A DNA stretch of 64,000 nucleotides from the NCBI GenBank assembly GCA_015059405.1, contig SVAL01000011.1, positions 3,806 through 67,805 on the forward strand. The letters run 5' to 3'. Of this stretch, positions 27,956 to 37,494 are shown piece by piece. The notes beneath the pieces are model-generated. The model searched no databases. It saw only the letters and a program-made list of their open reading frames with translations, and was not told the DNA's origin. Origin of the DNA: Bacillota bacterium. Lineage in GTDB: Bacteria > Bacillota_I > Bacilli_A > RF39 > UBA660. A program made the translations under genes and the position numbers. Position 1 is the stretch's first letter. Each line of letters opens with the position of its first letter.

Positions 27956-28486
27956 CTATACTTCTTTTATTTCTGATAAACTTTGTTTAATATCTTCAAA
28001 TATTTCATTTTCATTACCATCAATTAATGTTTCATATTGAAAAACCAAAGTTTTATCTTCTTTTACTTTTATTAGTATTATAACTAAATTATAATCTTTT
28101 TCTATATCTCTATAATGGACTTTTTTTACATTAATAAATCCTTGATAATCACCAAAAGTCGTTTCTTCTATACTACTATCTAATTCTTTAGATCCCATAT
28201 TAGTATAAGTTGATGTTTCTTTTATTAAACTACTATAGGTTTTATTAGATAAATATATATATGATGTTAGAAACTCTTTATTTTCAAAAGTTCCATATTT
28301 TTCATTATCTAAATATTTATACTTATAATTATCATTTATATTTATTTCATATCCATTAATATTTATTTTTGAGTAACTATTTTGTATTTTTTCTTCATTT
28401 TTACTTAGTGCGATTATAAAAATTATTCCTATTATAACTAATAAGGCAACTAATATACCAATTATAATATTTGTCTTTTTCTTCAT
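27956..28486 (-). CDS. N-terminally anchored small ectodomain protein
   Basis: 176 aa: a TM helix followed by a ~140-aa domain. No family recognised. Confidence 0.6.
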   Translation of the reverse strand: MKKKTNIIIGILVALLVIIGIIFIIALSKNEEKIQNSYSKININGYEININDNYKYKYLDNEKYGTFENKEFLTSYIYLSNKTYSSLIKETSTYTNMGSKELDSSIEETTFGDYQGFINVKKVHYRDIEKDYNLVIILIKVKEDKTLVFQYETLIDGNENEIFEDIKQSLSEIKEV

Positions 28487-28494
28487 ATTATCAC

Positions 28495-29022
28495 CTATAC
28501 ATTAATAGAGTTAATTATTAAATCGATTGATTCTTTATACAAATCAAATTCTTTATTACTCGCACTGTAAATTATAGTAAAAATATAATTATCATCAAAA
28601 ATATTTATTACTTCTATTTGTCTTTTGTTTTGATAATCTTCATATAAAAAATAGTAATTATTATCAATTATTCCATTATATGTTTCTATATATTCTTTTT
28701 TATTTTCTACTACTTGATAAGATAAAGAAGAAGATATTTCATACTTATCTTTAGTTTTAGTATTACTTGTATAATCTATTTTTTTAATAACTATATTTGT
28801 CTTTTTATCTTTAGTAGTTAAAATAATATGATCTTTTTGTTTATATACATTAAAATTATTATAATAAGTAAAATTTATATAATCAGACTTATATTTATTT
28901 AGTTTTATTTCTTCTTTTTTTGTACTATTGATAAGTAAACCAATTAAGATACATGTAATTATTAAAAAAACTATTAGAAATATCTTTAGAGAAAGATTAA
29001 ATTTAATATTTAGTTTCTTCAT
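28495..29022 (-). CDS. N-terminally anchored small ectodomain protein
   Basis: 175 aa with the same architecture as 27956..28486. The start is 1 nt from the upstream stop. Confidence 0.6.
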   Translation of the reverse strand: MKKLNIKFNLSLKIFLIVFLIITCILIGLLINSTKKEEIKLNKYKSDYINFTYYNNFNVYKQKDHIILTTKDKKTNIVIKKIDYTSNTKTKDKYEISSSLSYQVVENKKEYIETYNGIIDNNYYFLYEDYQNKRQIEVINIFDDNYIFTIIYSASNKEFDLYKESIDLIINSINV

Positions 29023-29023
29023 A

Positions 29024-30745
29024 TTAAATCACCCCTTCTACTATGATAATAATATAACCTAGATTATTTTGTATTCTTATAGTTATATTATCTTTTTTAT
29101 ATACATTAGCACTTATTGGATTAAATGAATTTGTAGCAAGCATCTTTGTATATAATTTTATTATTTCTTCATTAGTTAATACATTATAGTTTTCTTGTTT
29201 ATATCTTACTATTAAATAATTATCATTTGTATAAGCACTATATAAAGATAAAGGTACTACTTTAGTAATAAGTGGTAATTCTTCATACTTTTTCCAGTTT
29301 TTTTCATCTACTTCATTTATTACTTTAAAGTCTTCATTTTTTATTATATTATCAAAACTAAATGATTTTATTTCTTGGAATTTTTGATTATTTAATTTAT
29401 TTATGACATCTTTTAAAATACTAATATCAGTTGCATTATTTAAACCAGAATTATATTCACTTTTACTAGTAGATACACTTGTATTAATTGCGATAACTTC
29501 TCCATTTAAATTAAATACAGCAGAACCAGCATCCCCATCTATTAATGGAAGAGAAGTTCTAATTACTTTATAGTCATCTTCTAAAGTATCAAAGTAAATT
29601 CCTAGTTTAATTGATGATTTTAATCCTAATGAACTACTTATAACTACAATTGGATCATTTTTTTCTAAAGTAGAACTGTCTCCTATAGTTACTTTTGTTC
29701 CATTTTCTTCTTTTAATTTTAAAATAGCAATATTAATTTCTGGATATACTGAAATAATTCCTTCTATTTCAGTTATTTTGTCGTTACTATCAACGGCATA
29801 ATATCTTACAGCGCCATTTTCAATCATTCGATAAATACTATCGTATGATGTTACAACAACACCACTTCTTATATAAAATCCAGATGCACTTCCTGTTGGC
29901 ATACCTCCTTGAGAAGCACTGTCAATAATAACAATACTATCTTTGTTTTGATTATATATATTTGTTGTAGTATGACTACTTACTTGTTTTAATTTGGAAT
30001 AATCAAAATTAGTATAACTTGATGGAATATAAGATGATACATTTGATAATGAACTACTATTATATTTATTTTGATTACGTTCTTTTGTTTCTGTTTGTTG
30101 GTAATAATCATTTAGATCTTTTACCCACTCTATTGCAAGATTATTTACTTTATATAATCCACTTGCTTCTTCATATACTATTTCATATTCAAATATAGCA
30201 TCTAATCCATATGCTGTTGAACCATAAGTTATTTTATAGTTATCGACATATACTTGAACAATACTTCTTTCTGATGATGTATATGTTATTTGTGTACCTT
30301 TTATACTTTCAAAAGTTGCATTTCTACTTTGAAATAAATTAGCTAGTGCTTCAATAGTGATAACTTTATCTGACCATTTTTTAAAGTCATCTGTATATAT
30401 CAATATTTCATCTAATCTATGTTCAGGTATACGAACAACATATTTTTCTATATTACTTACATATTTATCATTAGTAATATCATTATATGCATTTGTAATA
30501 TTTAAAGCTGTTTCTATTATTTGTTGTTCTTCTTCTAGAGTTAATTCTTTAGTATTTATTTTTTCTATATTATATTGTTCATTAGAGAAAGACTTAATAG
30601 AGTTTGTTATTTTAGTATCATTAATTGATAATTCTAAATCAATATTAAAATCAATACTATAATCTTTTTTATCAATAACAGTTATAATGATGATCATTAT
30701 CATTAATACTATTATTGGTAGTATTAAAAATATTTTTTTCTTCAT
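29024..30745 (-). CDS. membrane-anchored protein with a trypsin-like (S1/HtrA-type) domain whose catalytic triad appears substituted
   Basis: Segments GSASGFYIRSGVVVTSYDSI, EINIAILKLK and LIDGDAGSAVFNLNGEVIAINTS align by eye to HtrA-type GSGFII..GyIVTNnHV, tDlAvLKi and GNSGGPLvNl.GevIGINTa. Confidence 0.6.
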   Translation of the reverse strand: MKKKIFLILPIIVLMIMIIIITVIDKKDYSIDFNIDLELSINDTKITNSIKSFSNEQYNIEKINTKELTLEEEQQIIETALNITNAYNDITNDKYVSNIEKYVVRIPEHRLDEILIYTDDFKKWSDKVITIEALANLFQSRNATFESIKGTQITYTSSERSIVQVYVDNYKITYGSTAYGLDAIFEYEIVYEEASGLYKVNNLAIEWVKDLNDYYQQTETKERNQNKYNSSSLSNVSSYIPSSYTNFDYSKLKQVSSHTTTNIYNQNKDSIVIIDSASQGGMPTGSASGFYIRSGVVVTSYDSIYRMIENGAVRYYAVDSNDKITEIEGIISVYPEINIAILKLKEENGTKVTIGDSSTLEKNDPIVVISSSLGLKSSIKLGIYFDTLEDDYKVIRTSLPLIDGDAGSAVFNLNGEVIAINTSVSTSKSEYNSGLNNATDISILKDVINKLNNQKFQEIKSFSFDNIIKNEDFKVINEVDEKNWKKYEELPLITKVVPLSLYSAYTNDNYLIVRYKQENYNVLTNEEIIKLYTKMLATNSFNPISANVYKKDNITIRIQNNLGYIIIIVEGVI

Positions 30746-30754
30746 TATAACCTC

Positions 30755-31972
30755 CTATAAATTTTTCAAATCTTCTTGAACTATTTTATATATTTCAATA
30801 GATAATGGACTAGCATTATTTCCATTACTTAAATAATCAACTAAAGCTTCTGCGAAAGTTTCAGCATACATTACAGTACCATTATTAACAATATTAGCAT
30901 ATCCACTTATCTCTTCTTTTAATTCTTCTTCTGTTTTAGGAGTTAATCCATTTTCTTTATAACTATTATTAACGTTTTCTACAGCTTTTAAAACAACTTC
31001 TTTAGAATATGTTTGATTAGCCCATGATATATAAAATTCATTATATTTTTTAAAATCGTCTATAACTAAGTTATCTACTCCGTATTTTTCTGCGCTTATA
31101 TAAAAGTCAAGAGCATGCGCTGTTTCATGAACGATTATATCTTCTGGAGTTGAGTTTTTAGGATGAAATCCTGCTTGTAGGTCACGTTCATAAGTTTTCT
31201 TTAATTTATCATAATCAGAGAATAGATTTATGCTCATATGTACTCTTCTTAAATATGCCATATAGTTATTATTTGATCCAATAGTTTGACCAGTATAATT
31301 TGCATATTCGTTTCTACCACCTTTACCTACTACATAAGCATCAACTATTTTATCTTTTATATTATTTTGATAATAGAATTTATTTAATCTAAGTATTAAA
31401 TTATCTATATAATTAACATCAATACCACATAAATAACTATAATCTAAATTTAAGTTATTGTTTATTTGATTACTAGCGTTTACATATCTTGGATTATTAC
31501 AATACTTATGTCCTGCTTCAGATTTAGTATTTAATATACCTACAACACTATCATAGAAATCTTGTTTAGAAGTTGAAACTGAAAAATCATACTCTGTGAA
31601 ATCCATTGATTCAAAATATGTAGGTATTTCTTCTTCTTTTTCTTCTTTAGTACATATTTCTTTATTTTCATTACAATATAATTCTTTTTCTTCTTCAAAT
31701 AAATAACTTTTTTTATTATTATTTATAAGTAAAAGGGCCATTATTAATAGTAGAATTATTATTGTACATAATGAAATAACGATGATATTATTATTATTTT
31801 CTTTTATTTTTACTTCTTTTTTATTAAAGTTTGGATTTTGTTCCACTTCTTTAATTACACCTATGTTTATTTCTTTAGTTTCTTCATTAGTATCTTTCTT
31901 TATTTTATAACCACAATTAGAACAAAATTTTACTTCATCATTAAGTTCTTTACCACATTTAGGACAATACAT
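30755..31972 (-). CDS. zinc-ribbon / TM / M34-like (anthrax lethal factor / Pro-Pro endopeptidase-like) zincin domain protein
   Basis: N-terminal MYCPKCGKELNDEVKFCSNCG and one TM helix. IIVHETAHALDFY (HExxH) and, downstream, YAETFAEALVDY resemble LF HEFGHAVDDY ... EAEFFAEAF. Confidence 0.6.
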   Translation of the reverse strand: MYCPKCGKELNDEVKFCSNCGYKIKKDTNEETKEINIGVIKEVEQNPNFNKKEVKIKENNNNIIVISLCTIIILLLIMALLLINNNKKSYLFEEEKELYCNENKEICTKEEKEEEIPTYFESMDFTEYDFSVSTSKQDFYDSVVGILNTKSEAGHKYCNNPRYVNASNQINNNLNLDYSYLCGIDVNYIDNLILRLNKFYYQNNIKDKIVDAYVVGKGGRNEYANYTGQTIGSNNNYMAYLRRVHMSINLFSDYDKLKKTYERDLQAGFHPKNSTPEDIIVHETAHALDFYISAEKYGVDNLVIDDFKKYNEFYISWANQTYSKEVVLKAVENVNNSYKENGLTPKTEEELKEEISGYANIVNNGTVMYAETFAEALVDYLSNGNNASPLSIEIYKIVQEDLKNL

Positions 31973-31973
31973 A

Positions 31974-33167
31974 TTAATACTCCTCGATTGTAAAGTCTAA
32001 AAAGTCACTAATGAATGCTTCATCTATTTTTACTTCTGTGTTACTTATCCATAAATCTACATAGGTATTAGGTTCTATCTCATATTGTACTCTAGATATA
32101 TAATTAGTATTTGATTTTTTATTATTTAAATAATAATCATAAGTATAGATAAAATAATATACTTTTTTATTATTTATAACTTTTTCAATTATTCCAGTAT
32201 CTTTTATATTTCTATAACGTTCTGGATCTTCATTGTATGAAGAAATTGTTATTCTCTTCCATTTTTCTACATTTTCTTTAAAATCTTCATAATTTTCAGT
32301 TTCAATACTTAAATTAGCATACATTTTATAATTTAATTCTTCTTTTTCAAATACTGCACTGTTGATATTAGTTGTTAAGCTATCTATTTCAGGATATTTT
32401 TCTTTTACTTTGTAATTTAATTTATAACCATGTTCATATGACTTATATTTATTTTGTTTAATTGTACCTATTTGATATCCATTTTCTAATTTAGAATGTG
32501 CATATATTGCTGCATCTTTTTCTAATTTAACACTATCAATCATTGCCATTATATTTTCATAATCAAAGACATTTCCTTTAGTATCTAATTGGAACGTTAG
32601 TATTAATTCTTCTTCTAATTCAACTGCAATATACCAAGTATCAAAAGTTGTTGTAGAATACATAAAAGTAGTACTATAATTTGCTTGAATAATAGATGCT
32701 TTTAAATTGTTTTTGGTTGTTGTTGTATAAATATTTGTATATTTAATATCTGGAAATTCTTCATTTTTTAACCCTACTAAATATACATATTTTTCATTCA
32801 TATAATTATTAAGTGTCTTTTTATCTACAGTTATAAACATTCTAGTATGATAATCATTTGTTGATAAAACTTTGCTATAAAAAGTTAGTTCATATTCATG
32901 AACACAGCTTGGATAATCAAAAGTAACTTTCGAATAATCTGAGCGATTTATATATGTTGGTATAGTGTCATTTTTAGAACATATAGTTGGAAGATTATAT
33001 TCATTTAGTGCAGTAAAAGTATTATTTTCTTGTTTTTTATTTTCTTCTTTTGTTTCTTTTTTATCTTTATCTATATTTGAATTATTATTTTCAAGTTGTA
33101 GATAAATACCTGTAGCAATTAAACCGCATCCTAAAATTATTAAAATTATTGGTATAATCTTCTTCAT
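31974..33167 (-). CDS. N-terminally anchored 397-aa ectodomain protein, unknown function
   Basis: First gene of the array. Start trimmed to MKKIIPI. It has a TM helix, then a K/E-rich stalk, then a large domain. No family recognised. Confidence 0.6.
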   Translation of the reverse strand: MKKIIPIILIILGCGLIATGIYLQLENNNSNIDKDKKETKEENKKQENNTFTALNEYNLPTICSKNDTIPTYINRSDYSKVTFDYPSCVHEYELTFYSKVLSTNDYHTRMFITVDKKTLNNYMNEKYVYLVGLKNEEFPDIKYTNIYTTTTKNNLKASIIQANYSTTFMYSTTTFDTWYIAVELEEELILTFQLDTKGNVFDYENIMAMIDSVKLEKDAAIYAHSKLENGYQIGTIKQNKYKSYEHGYKLNYKVKEKYPEIDSLTTNINSAVFEKEELNYKMYANLSIETENYEDFKENVEKWKRITISSYNEDPERYRNIKDTGIIEKVINNKKVYYFIYTYDYYLNNKKSNTNYISRVQYEIEPNTYVDLWISNTEVKIDEAFISDFLDFTIEEY

Positions 33168-33209
33168 CACACTCACACCCTATCATATAAAATTATACAA
33201 TAGATTTAC

Positions 33210-33542
33210 TTATTCCTCAATTGATTTTAGTATTATTTTTAAAGTTTTTTCTATGCAATCAGAAACTATTTTATTTATTTTTTTAGATATATATCTACCA
33301 CTTTTACTAAATGCATTGTCATAGTTTTTTTGATTTAATTCTATATAGTTATTTATATCGATATCTTTTCCTTCTTTTATATCATTTTCAAATTTATTTA
33401 TTGCTTCATTAGTTAAAATTGTTTTCTTTTGAAGTGTTGTTTGATAGTACCCACTTAGTGATAAAATTACTGTTAGAAAAAAGGATGTAATAATTACAAA
33501 AACAATAAATTTAAATGGTTTAATAAGTAACATCTCCTTCAT
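33210..33542 (-). CDS. YqxA-like (DUF3679-type) small membrane protein, called by synteny
   Basis: 110 aa with an N-terminal TM helix. It lies directly downstream of spoIIP, as yqxA does in Bacillus (rpsT / gpr-spoIIP-yqxA). Confidence 0.35.
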   Translation of the reverse strand: MKEMLLIKPFKFIVFVIITSFFLTVILSLSGYYQTTLQKKTILTNEAINKFENDIKEGKDIDINNYIELNQKNYDNAFSKSGRYISKKINKIVSDCIEKTLKIILKSIEE

Positions 33543-34446
33543 TTTTAATATATTTTACTAATACTTCTGATAATGCAGTAATAGTATTATTTACTTCACT
33601 AATATTATTTTCTACTCCTCCTATCTCAAATAAAAATACATATTTAGAATAATCTTGATTATATATTCCATTTACACCAGGACCACTTTTTTTATATATT
33701 CCTCTTGATATACCTGGATACATTTTATTTAATAGATTATTTATTTTTGTTGCTTCTTCTAAATTTTCTTTATAATTTTTATGATCTAATCCTACTAAGA
33801 GCATTATTTTTGCATAATTAATACCATTTATTGTAGTTGTAGTATATTTCTTTTTTACCGAATCACGATGTAAATCAATATAATATTTGAAAGTTGTTAT
33901 TTCTTTATTTCTTTTTTCCATAAATTCTCTTGTTACTTTATAACTTTTTGCATATTTCCATTTGTTTTTATTTAAAACTTCTTTGACACTATTTTCCTCT
34001 ACATAAGAATATATTCCATATTCTTCTAAGTTTTCTTTTAACATATAACTCGCGATCATTATATTAGGAGTTATCGTATAATCTGCGAGATAATCAGTAC
34101 TATAATTTTCTGTTTGGTGAGTATTATAAATATATATTATCGGATCTTTGTTTTGAATTTCATTATTTACATGTTCTATTACTATTTCATTTTTATTTTC
34201 TTTTTCTATATACACCAAATTATTATTTAATAATTGATTAGGTTTAAAATTTATTATTTCTTTAAAATTTTTATATGACATTATATTATTACTTGTTAGT
34301 GATGAAGAATTATTTATTATTTTATTATAAAATTTTTCATTAATATTAAGATTTATTTTATCTAATAGACTTAATGTATATATATATGTAGATAGTATTG
34401 TTATTATAAAGATAATTATTTTAATTTTATTTATAAAATGTTTCAT
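33520..34446 (-). CDS. spoIIP: stage II sporulation protein P
   Basis: N-terminal TM helix. Motifs: IYIYNTHQTENY, DLHRD, GIYNQD, and a FLFEIGG-type motif. The position after gpr fits. Confidence 0.85.
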   Translation of the reverse strand: MKHFINKIKIIIFIITILSTYIYTLSLLDKINLNINEKFYNKIINNSSSLTSNNIMSYKNFKEIINFKPNQLLNNNLVYIEKENKNEIVIEHVNNEIQNKDPIIYIYNTHQTENYSTDYLADYTITPNIMIASYMLKENLEEYGIYSYVEENSVKEVLNKNKWKYAKSYKVTREFMEKRNKEITTFKYYIDLHRDSVKKKYTTTTINGINYAKIMLLVGLDHKNYKENLEEATKINNLLNKMYPGISRGIYKKSGPGVNGIYNQDYSKYVFLFEIGGVENNISEVNNTITALSEVLVKYIKNEGDVTY

Positions 34447-34515
34447 ATTATCACCATATGATGATTATACTTTTTTATTATTTAGAATTTTGTCAAAAAA
34501 AATATAATGTTTCCA

Positions 34516-35532
34516 TTATATTTTTATATTATGTAGAACATTATTAATACTTTTACTAATTAACAATGATAATTTATCGATAATGAAATCTATTTCTTTA
34601 GGGGTGACCATCATATTATAATCTATTGGTGTTAGAACTTCTGAGATTAATGATTTTAAGTCATCGTCTGATAAATTACCAATTAGTCCTAATAAATCAT
34701 TCTTTTCTTTTTCGTTTAGTTTTTCTCTTGTTTCTTTTAAATAATTTACTTTTGATTTTGCTTTTAATTTCTCTTTGGGATTATTATTTTTCATATATTC
34801 TATTTTTTTAATTAGTAAATTAATGGTATCTGTAACTATTGTAACAGCATCTACAACTGTTGGAATACCTATAGCAATTACTGGTATACCTATAGTGTTT
34901 TTAGATATTTCTTTTCGATAGTTTCCTACTCCACTTCCTGGATTAATTCCAGAATTTGTTAGTTGGATTGTTTTATTTACTCTTTCTATTTTAGATGATG
35001 CTAGTGCATCTACTACGATTACTAAATCTATATTTATTTCTTTTATAATACCTTTTATTATATCTACTGCTTCAATTCCTGTATTTCCCATTACATTTGG
35101 AGAAAAAGATGAAACATTACTATACTCTGGACTTACTTCATTTAACTCATACATGTGTCTTGTTACAATTATATTTTCACTTACTTTTACTCCTAAACTA
35201 TCTGGAGTTGAATTTCTATTTCCTAGGCCTATTACTAGTGTTTTATAGTCTTTTTTTAGATTTAAATCTTTTATGATACTATCTAATTCTCTTTCAAATA
35301 TATTTTGAACCTTATTAAAATTATTTCTATCTGTTACATCTTCAAAAGATATTGTTATATATGTACCTTTATTTTTAACTTGATTATCTTCTTTTACTTT
35401 TGTTTTATTAATAGTAATACTATCATGTTCATATTCTTCTATTTCGATATAGTCTTTTTTTATTGTATTAACCTCATCTATTATTAGGTCCGTTCTTAAA
35501 TTATATTTACTTAAATCTATTTCTTTACTCAT
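34516..35532 (-). CDS. gpr: germination protease (GPR endopeptidase)
   Basis: RTDLIIDE near the N-terminus, GLGNRNSTPDSLG and VVDALAS motifs. 338 aa. Divergent from rpsT, as in Bacillus. Confidence 0.9.
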   Translation of the reverse strand: MSKEIDLSKYNLRTDLIIDEVNTIKKDYIEIEEYEHDSITINKTKVKEDNQVKNKGTYITISFEDVTDRNNFNKVQNIFERELDSIIKDLNLKKDYKTLVIGLGNRNSTPDSLGVKVSENIIVTRHMYELNEVSPEYSNVSSFSPNVMGNTGIEAVDIIKGIIKEINIDLVIVVDALASSKIERVNKTIQLTNSGINPGSGVGNYRKEISKNTIGIPVIAIGIPTVVDAVTIVTDTINLLIKKIEYMKNNNPKEKLKAKSKVNYLKETREKLNEKEKNDLLGLIGNLSDDDLKSLISEVLTPIDYNMMVTPKEIDFIIDKLSLLISKSINNVLHNIKI

Positions 35533-35601
35533 AGTATCACCTATTATAGTGTTAACTATTTGCTTAAATATATGTATTTTAGTATTATTTTAAGATTTTA
35601 T

Positions 35602-35630
35602 TTGCTTTTTAGGATATTTTTTGTTAGAAT
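35602..35630 (+). promoter_or_regulatory. sigma-A-type promoter of rpsT
   Basis: TTGCTT (35602-35607), then 17 nt, then TAGAAT (35625-35630), with a TG at -15/-14 (extended -10). Confidence 0.55.
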
Positions 35631-35660
35631 AGATTTAGTCAAAAAAGCGAGGTGAAAGAA

Positions 35661-35924
35661 ATGCCAAATATTAAAAGTGCTAAAAAGAGAGTTATTACTA
35701 GTAGAAAGAAAGCTGTTGGAAACAATGTAGTTGAATCAAGTCGTAGAACAGCTATTAAAAACTTCGAAAAAGCTGTTAAAGCAGGAGATAAAGAAGTATC
35801 AAGCGAAAAATTAAATGTAGCTCTTCAAAGAATTGATAAATCAGCTAAAAGTGGATTAATTCATAAAAATAAAGCTGCTAGATTAAAATCTAGATTAACA
35901 AAAATGAAAAATAATATGGAGTAA
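35661..35924 (+). CDS. rpsT: 30S ribosomal protein S20
   Basis: MPNIKSAKKRVITSRKK... is the classic S20 N-terminus. GAGGTG SD 6 nt upstream. The track start (GTG 35652) lies inside the SD. Confidence 0.95.
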   Translation: MPNIKSAKKRVITSRKKAVGNNVVESSRRTAIKNFEKAVKAGDKEVSSEKLNVALQRIDKSAKSGLIHKNKAARLKSRLTKMKNNME

Positions 35925-35979
35925 GATATTACTCTTTTTTTTTATTTAAAAATGATGTAGAATTATTATAGGTGATAAT

Positions 35980-37032
35980 ATGAATAATGATATAAATAAT
36001 AATGTTGTTAATAATATAGAAAATACTACTAATGATACTGTTGTAGATAATACAACAGATGAAAATATAAAGGATATTAATAAAGAGATTGTTACTCCTA
36101 AAAAGAAGACTTCTATTGTTACAATAATTATTAGAATTCTTTTACTCGCAATTATATTATTTTTACTTTTCTTATTTTTTACTAAAGATGGTAAAAATAT
36201 AGTATATAGAAATCTTGTATTTAAAGATATTAAAGTTAGTACTTTATCCCCTAATAAATATTATAAGGATTATAGTTATGACTATGTACAAATTACTAAT
36301 GATTTTTATGCTAAAGATAAACAACATTTATTAAATATATACTATACTGTTGCTAATAGTGGTGCTAAAGAGTTTACATTTGCCTGTAGTAAAGAATATG
36401 AAAGTTGTTTAGATGATGTTAAAGAAATATCTAATAATGAAATTGTTCTTTCTAACATTAAAGCATTTGTTCATCCTTTTAATGGTTTTTCTAGAATAGA
36501 GACTAATTATAGTAATCATGGTGAAGTTGTTTTAAAAATTGAATATACATATACAGAAAATGAAATTAAAGAAATTGAATTAATTATGAATACAGTTATT
36601 TCTTCTCAAAAAGTTAATTCTAAAGATATTAAATCAATTGTAAAAACATATCATGATTATATTATAAATAATACCAAATATGATGCTGAAAGAAGTCAAG
36701 ATCAAATAGTAAATTATAGATCTGAAACAGCATATGGTTCTTTAATTCAAGGTTTTGCTTTATGTGAAGGTTATACAGATGCAATGGCATTATTCTTAAA
36801 TTATTATAATATTCCTAATTATAAAGTAATTAGTAAATCTCATATTTGGAATGCAGTTTATATAGATAATAAATGGTATCATTTAGATTTAACTTGGGAT
36901 GATCCTATTACTACTAGTGGTAGAGATGTATTAAGATATACATACTTCTTAATTAGTACTACTGAATTACTTAATTTAGAAAAGACTGAGCATATATTTG
37001 ATCAATATGTATTTAGTGAAGTTATAAAATAA
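35980..37032 (+). CDS. membrane-anchored transglutaminase-like (Cys-His-Asp) domain protein
   Basis: TM helix near residue 50. Motifs: ALCEGYTDAMALFL (Cys), SHIWNAVY (His), WYHLDLTWDD (Asp). Confidence 0.7.
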   Translation: MNNDINNNVVNNIENTTNDTVVDNTTDENIKDINKEIVTPKKKTSIVTIIIRILLLAIILFLLFLFFTKDGKNIVYRNLVFKDIKVSTLSPNKYYKDYSYDYVQITNDFYAKDKQHLLNIYYTVANSGAKEFTFACSKEYESCLDDVKEISNNEIVLSNIKAFVHPFNGFSRIETNYSNHGEVVLKIEYTYTENEIKEIELIMNTVISSQKVNSKDIKSIVKTYHDYIINNTKYDAERSQDQIVNYRSETAYGSLIQGFALCEGYTDAMALFLNYYNIPNYKVISKSHIWNAVYIDNKWYHLDLTWDDPITTSGRDVLRYTYFLISTTELLNLEKTEHIFDQYVFSEVIK

Positions 37033-37059
37033 AAGCAATGGATAAACTCCATTGCTTTT

Positions 37060-37494
37060 TTATTTTTCTATTATGATTGTTATTGGTCCATCATTTACTA
37101 AACTTATTTTCATTTCAGCACCAAATATTCCTGTTTCTACTTTAATTTCTTTACTTAATTGTTCATTAAAGTAATCATATAATTTAATTGCTTCTTCTCC
37201 ATTTAATGCTTTAATATATGATGGTCTATTACCTTTAATTGGATCTCCATATAAAGTAAATTGTGATATAGATAATATTTGTGCATTTTCTTTATCAATA
37301 CTTTTATTCATTACACCATTTTCATCATCAAAAATACGTAAGTTAAGTACTTTTCTTACCATGTAATCAACTACTTCTTTAGTATCAGTTTGAGTAAATC
37401 CAACAAGAAGTACTAATCCTTTATCTATCTTTCCTGTTATTTTTCCATCTACTTCACAAGATGCTTCTAAACTTCTTTGTGCAACGATTCTCAT
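37060..37494 (-). CDS. dtd: D-aminoacyl-tRNA deacylase
   Basis: 144 aa. MRIVAQR..., GLVLLVGF, SQFTLYGD, KGNRPSY. It overlaps the relA stop by 4 nt, the usual relA-dtd pairing. Confidence 0.9.
   Translation of the reverse strand: MRIVAQRSLEASCEVDGKITGKIDKGLVLLVGFTQTDTKEVVDYMVRKVLNLRIFDDENGVMNKSIDKENAQILSISQFTLYGDPIKGNRPSYIKALNGEEAIKLYDYFNEQLSKEIKVETGIFGAEMKISLVNDGPITIIIEK

Noticed and set aside
26073-33167. The membrane-protein array as a prophage or ICE remnant.
   Set aside because: There are no integrase, capsid, tail, terminase, relaxase or repressor genes. The array is embedded between core sporulation genes and a PHP phosphoesterase.
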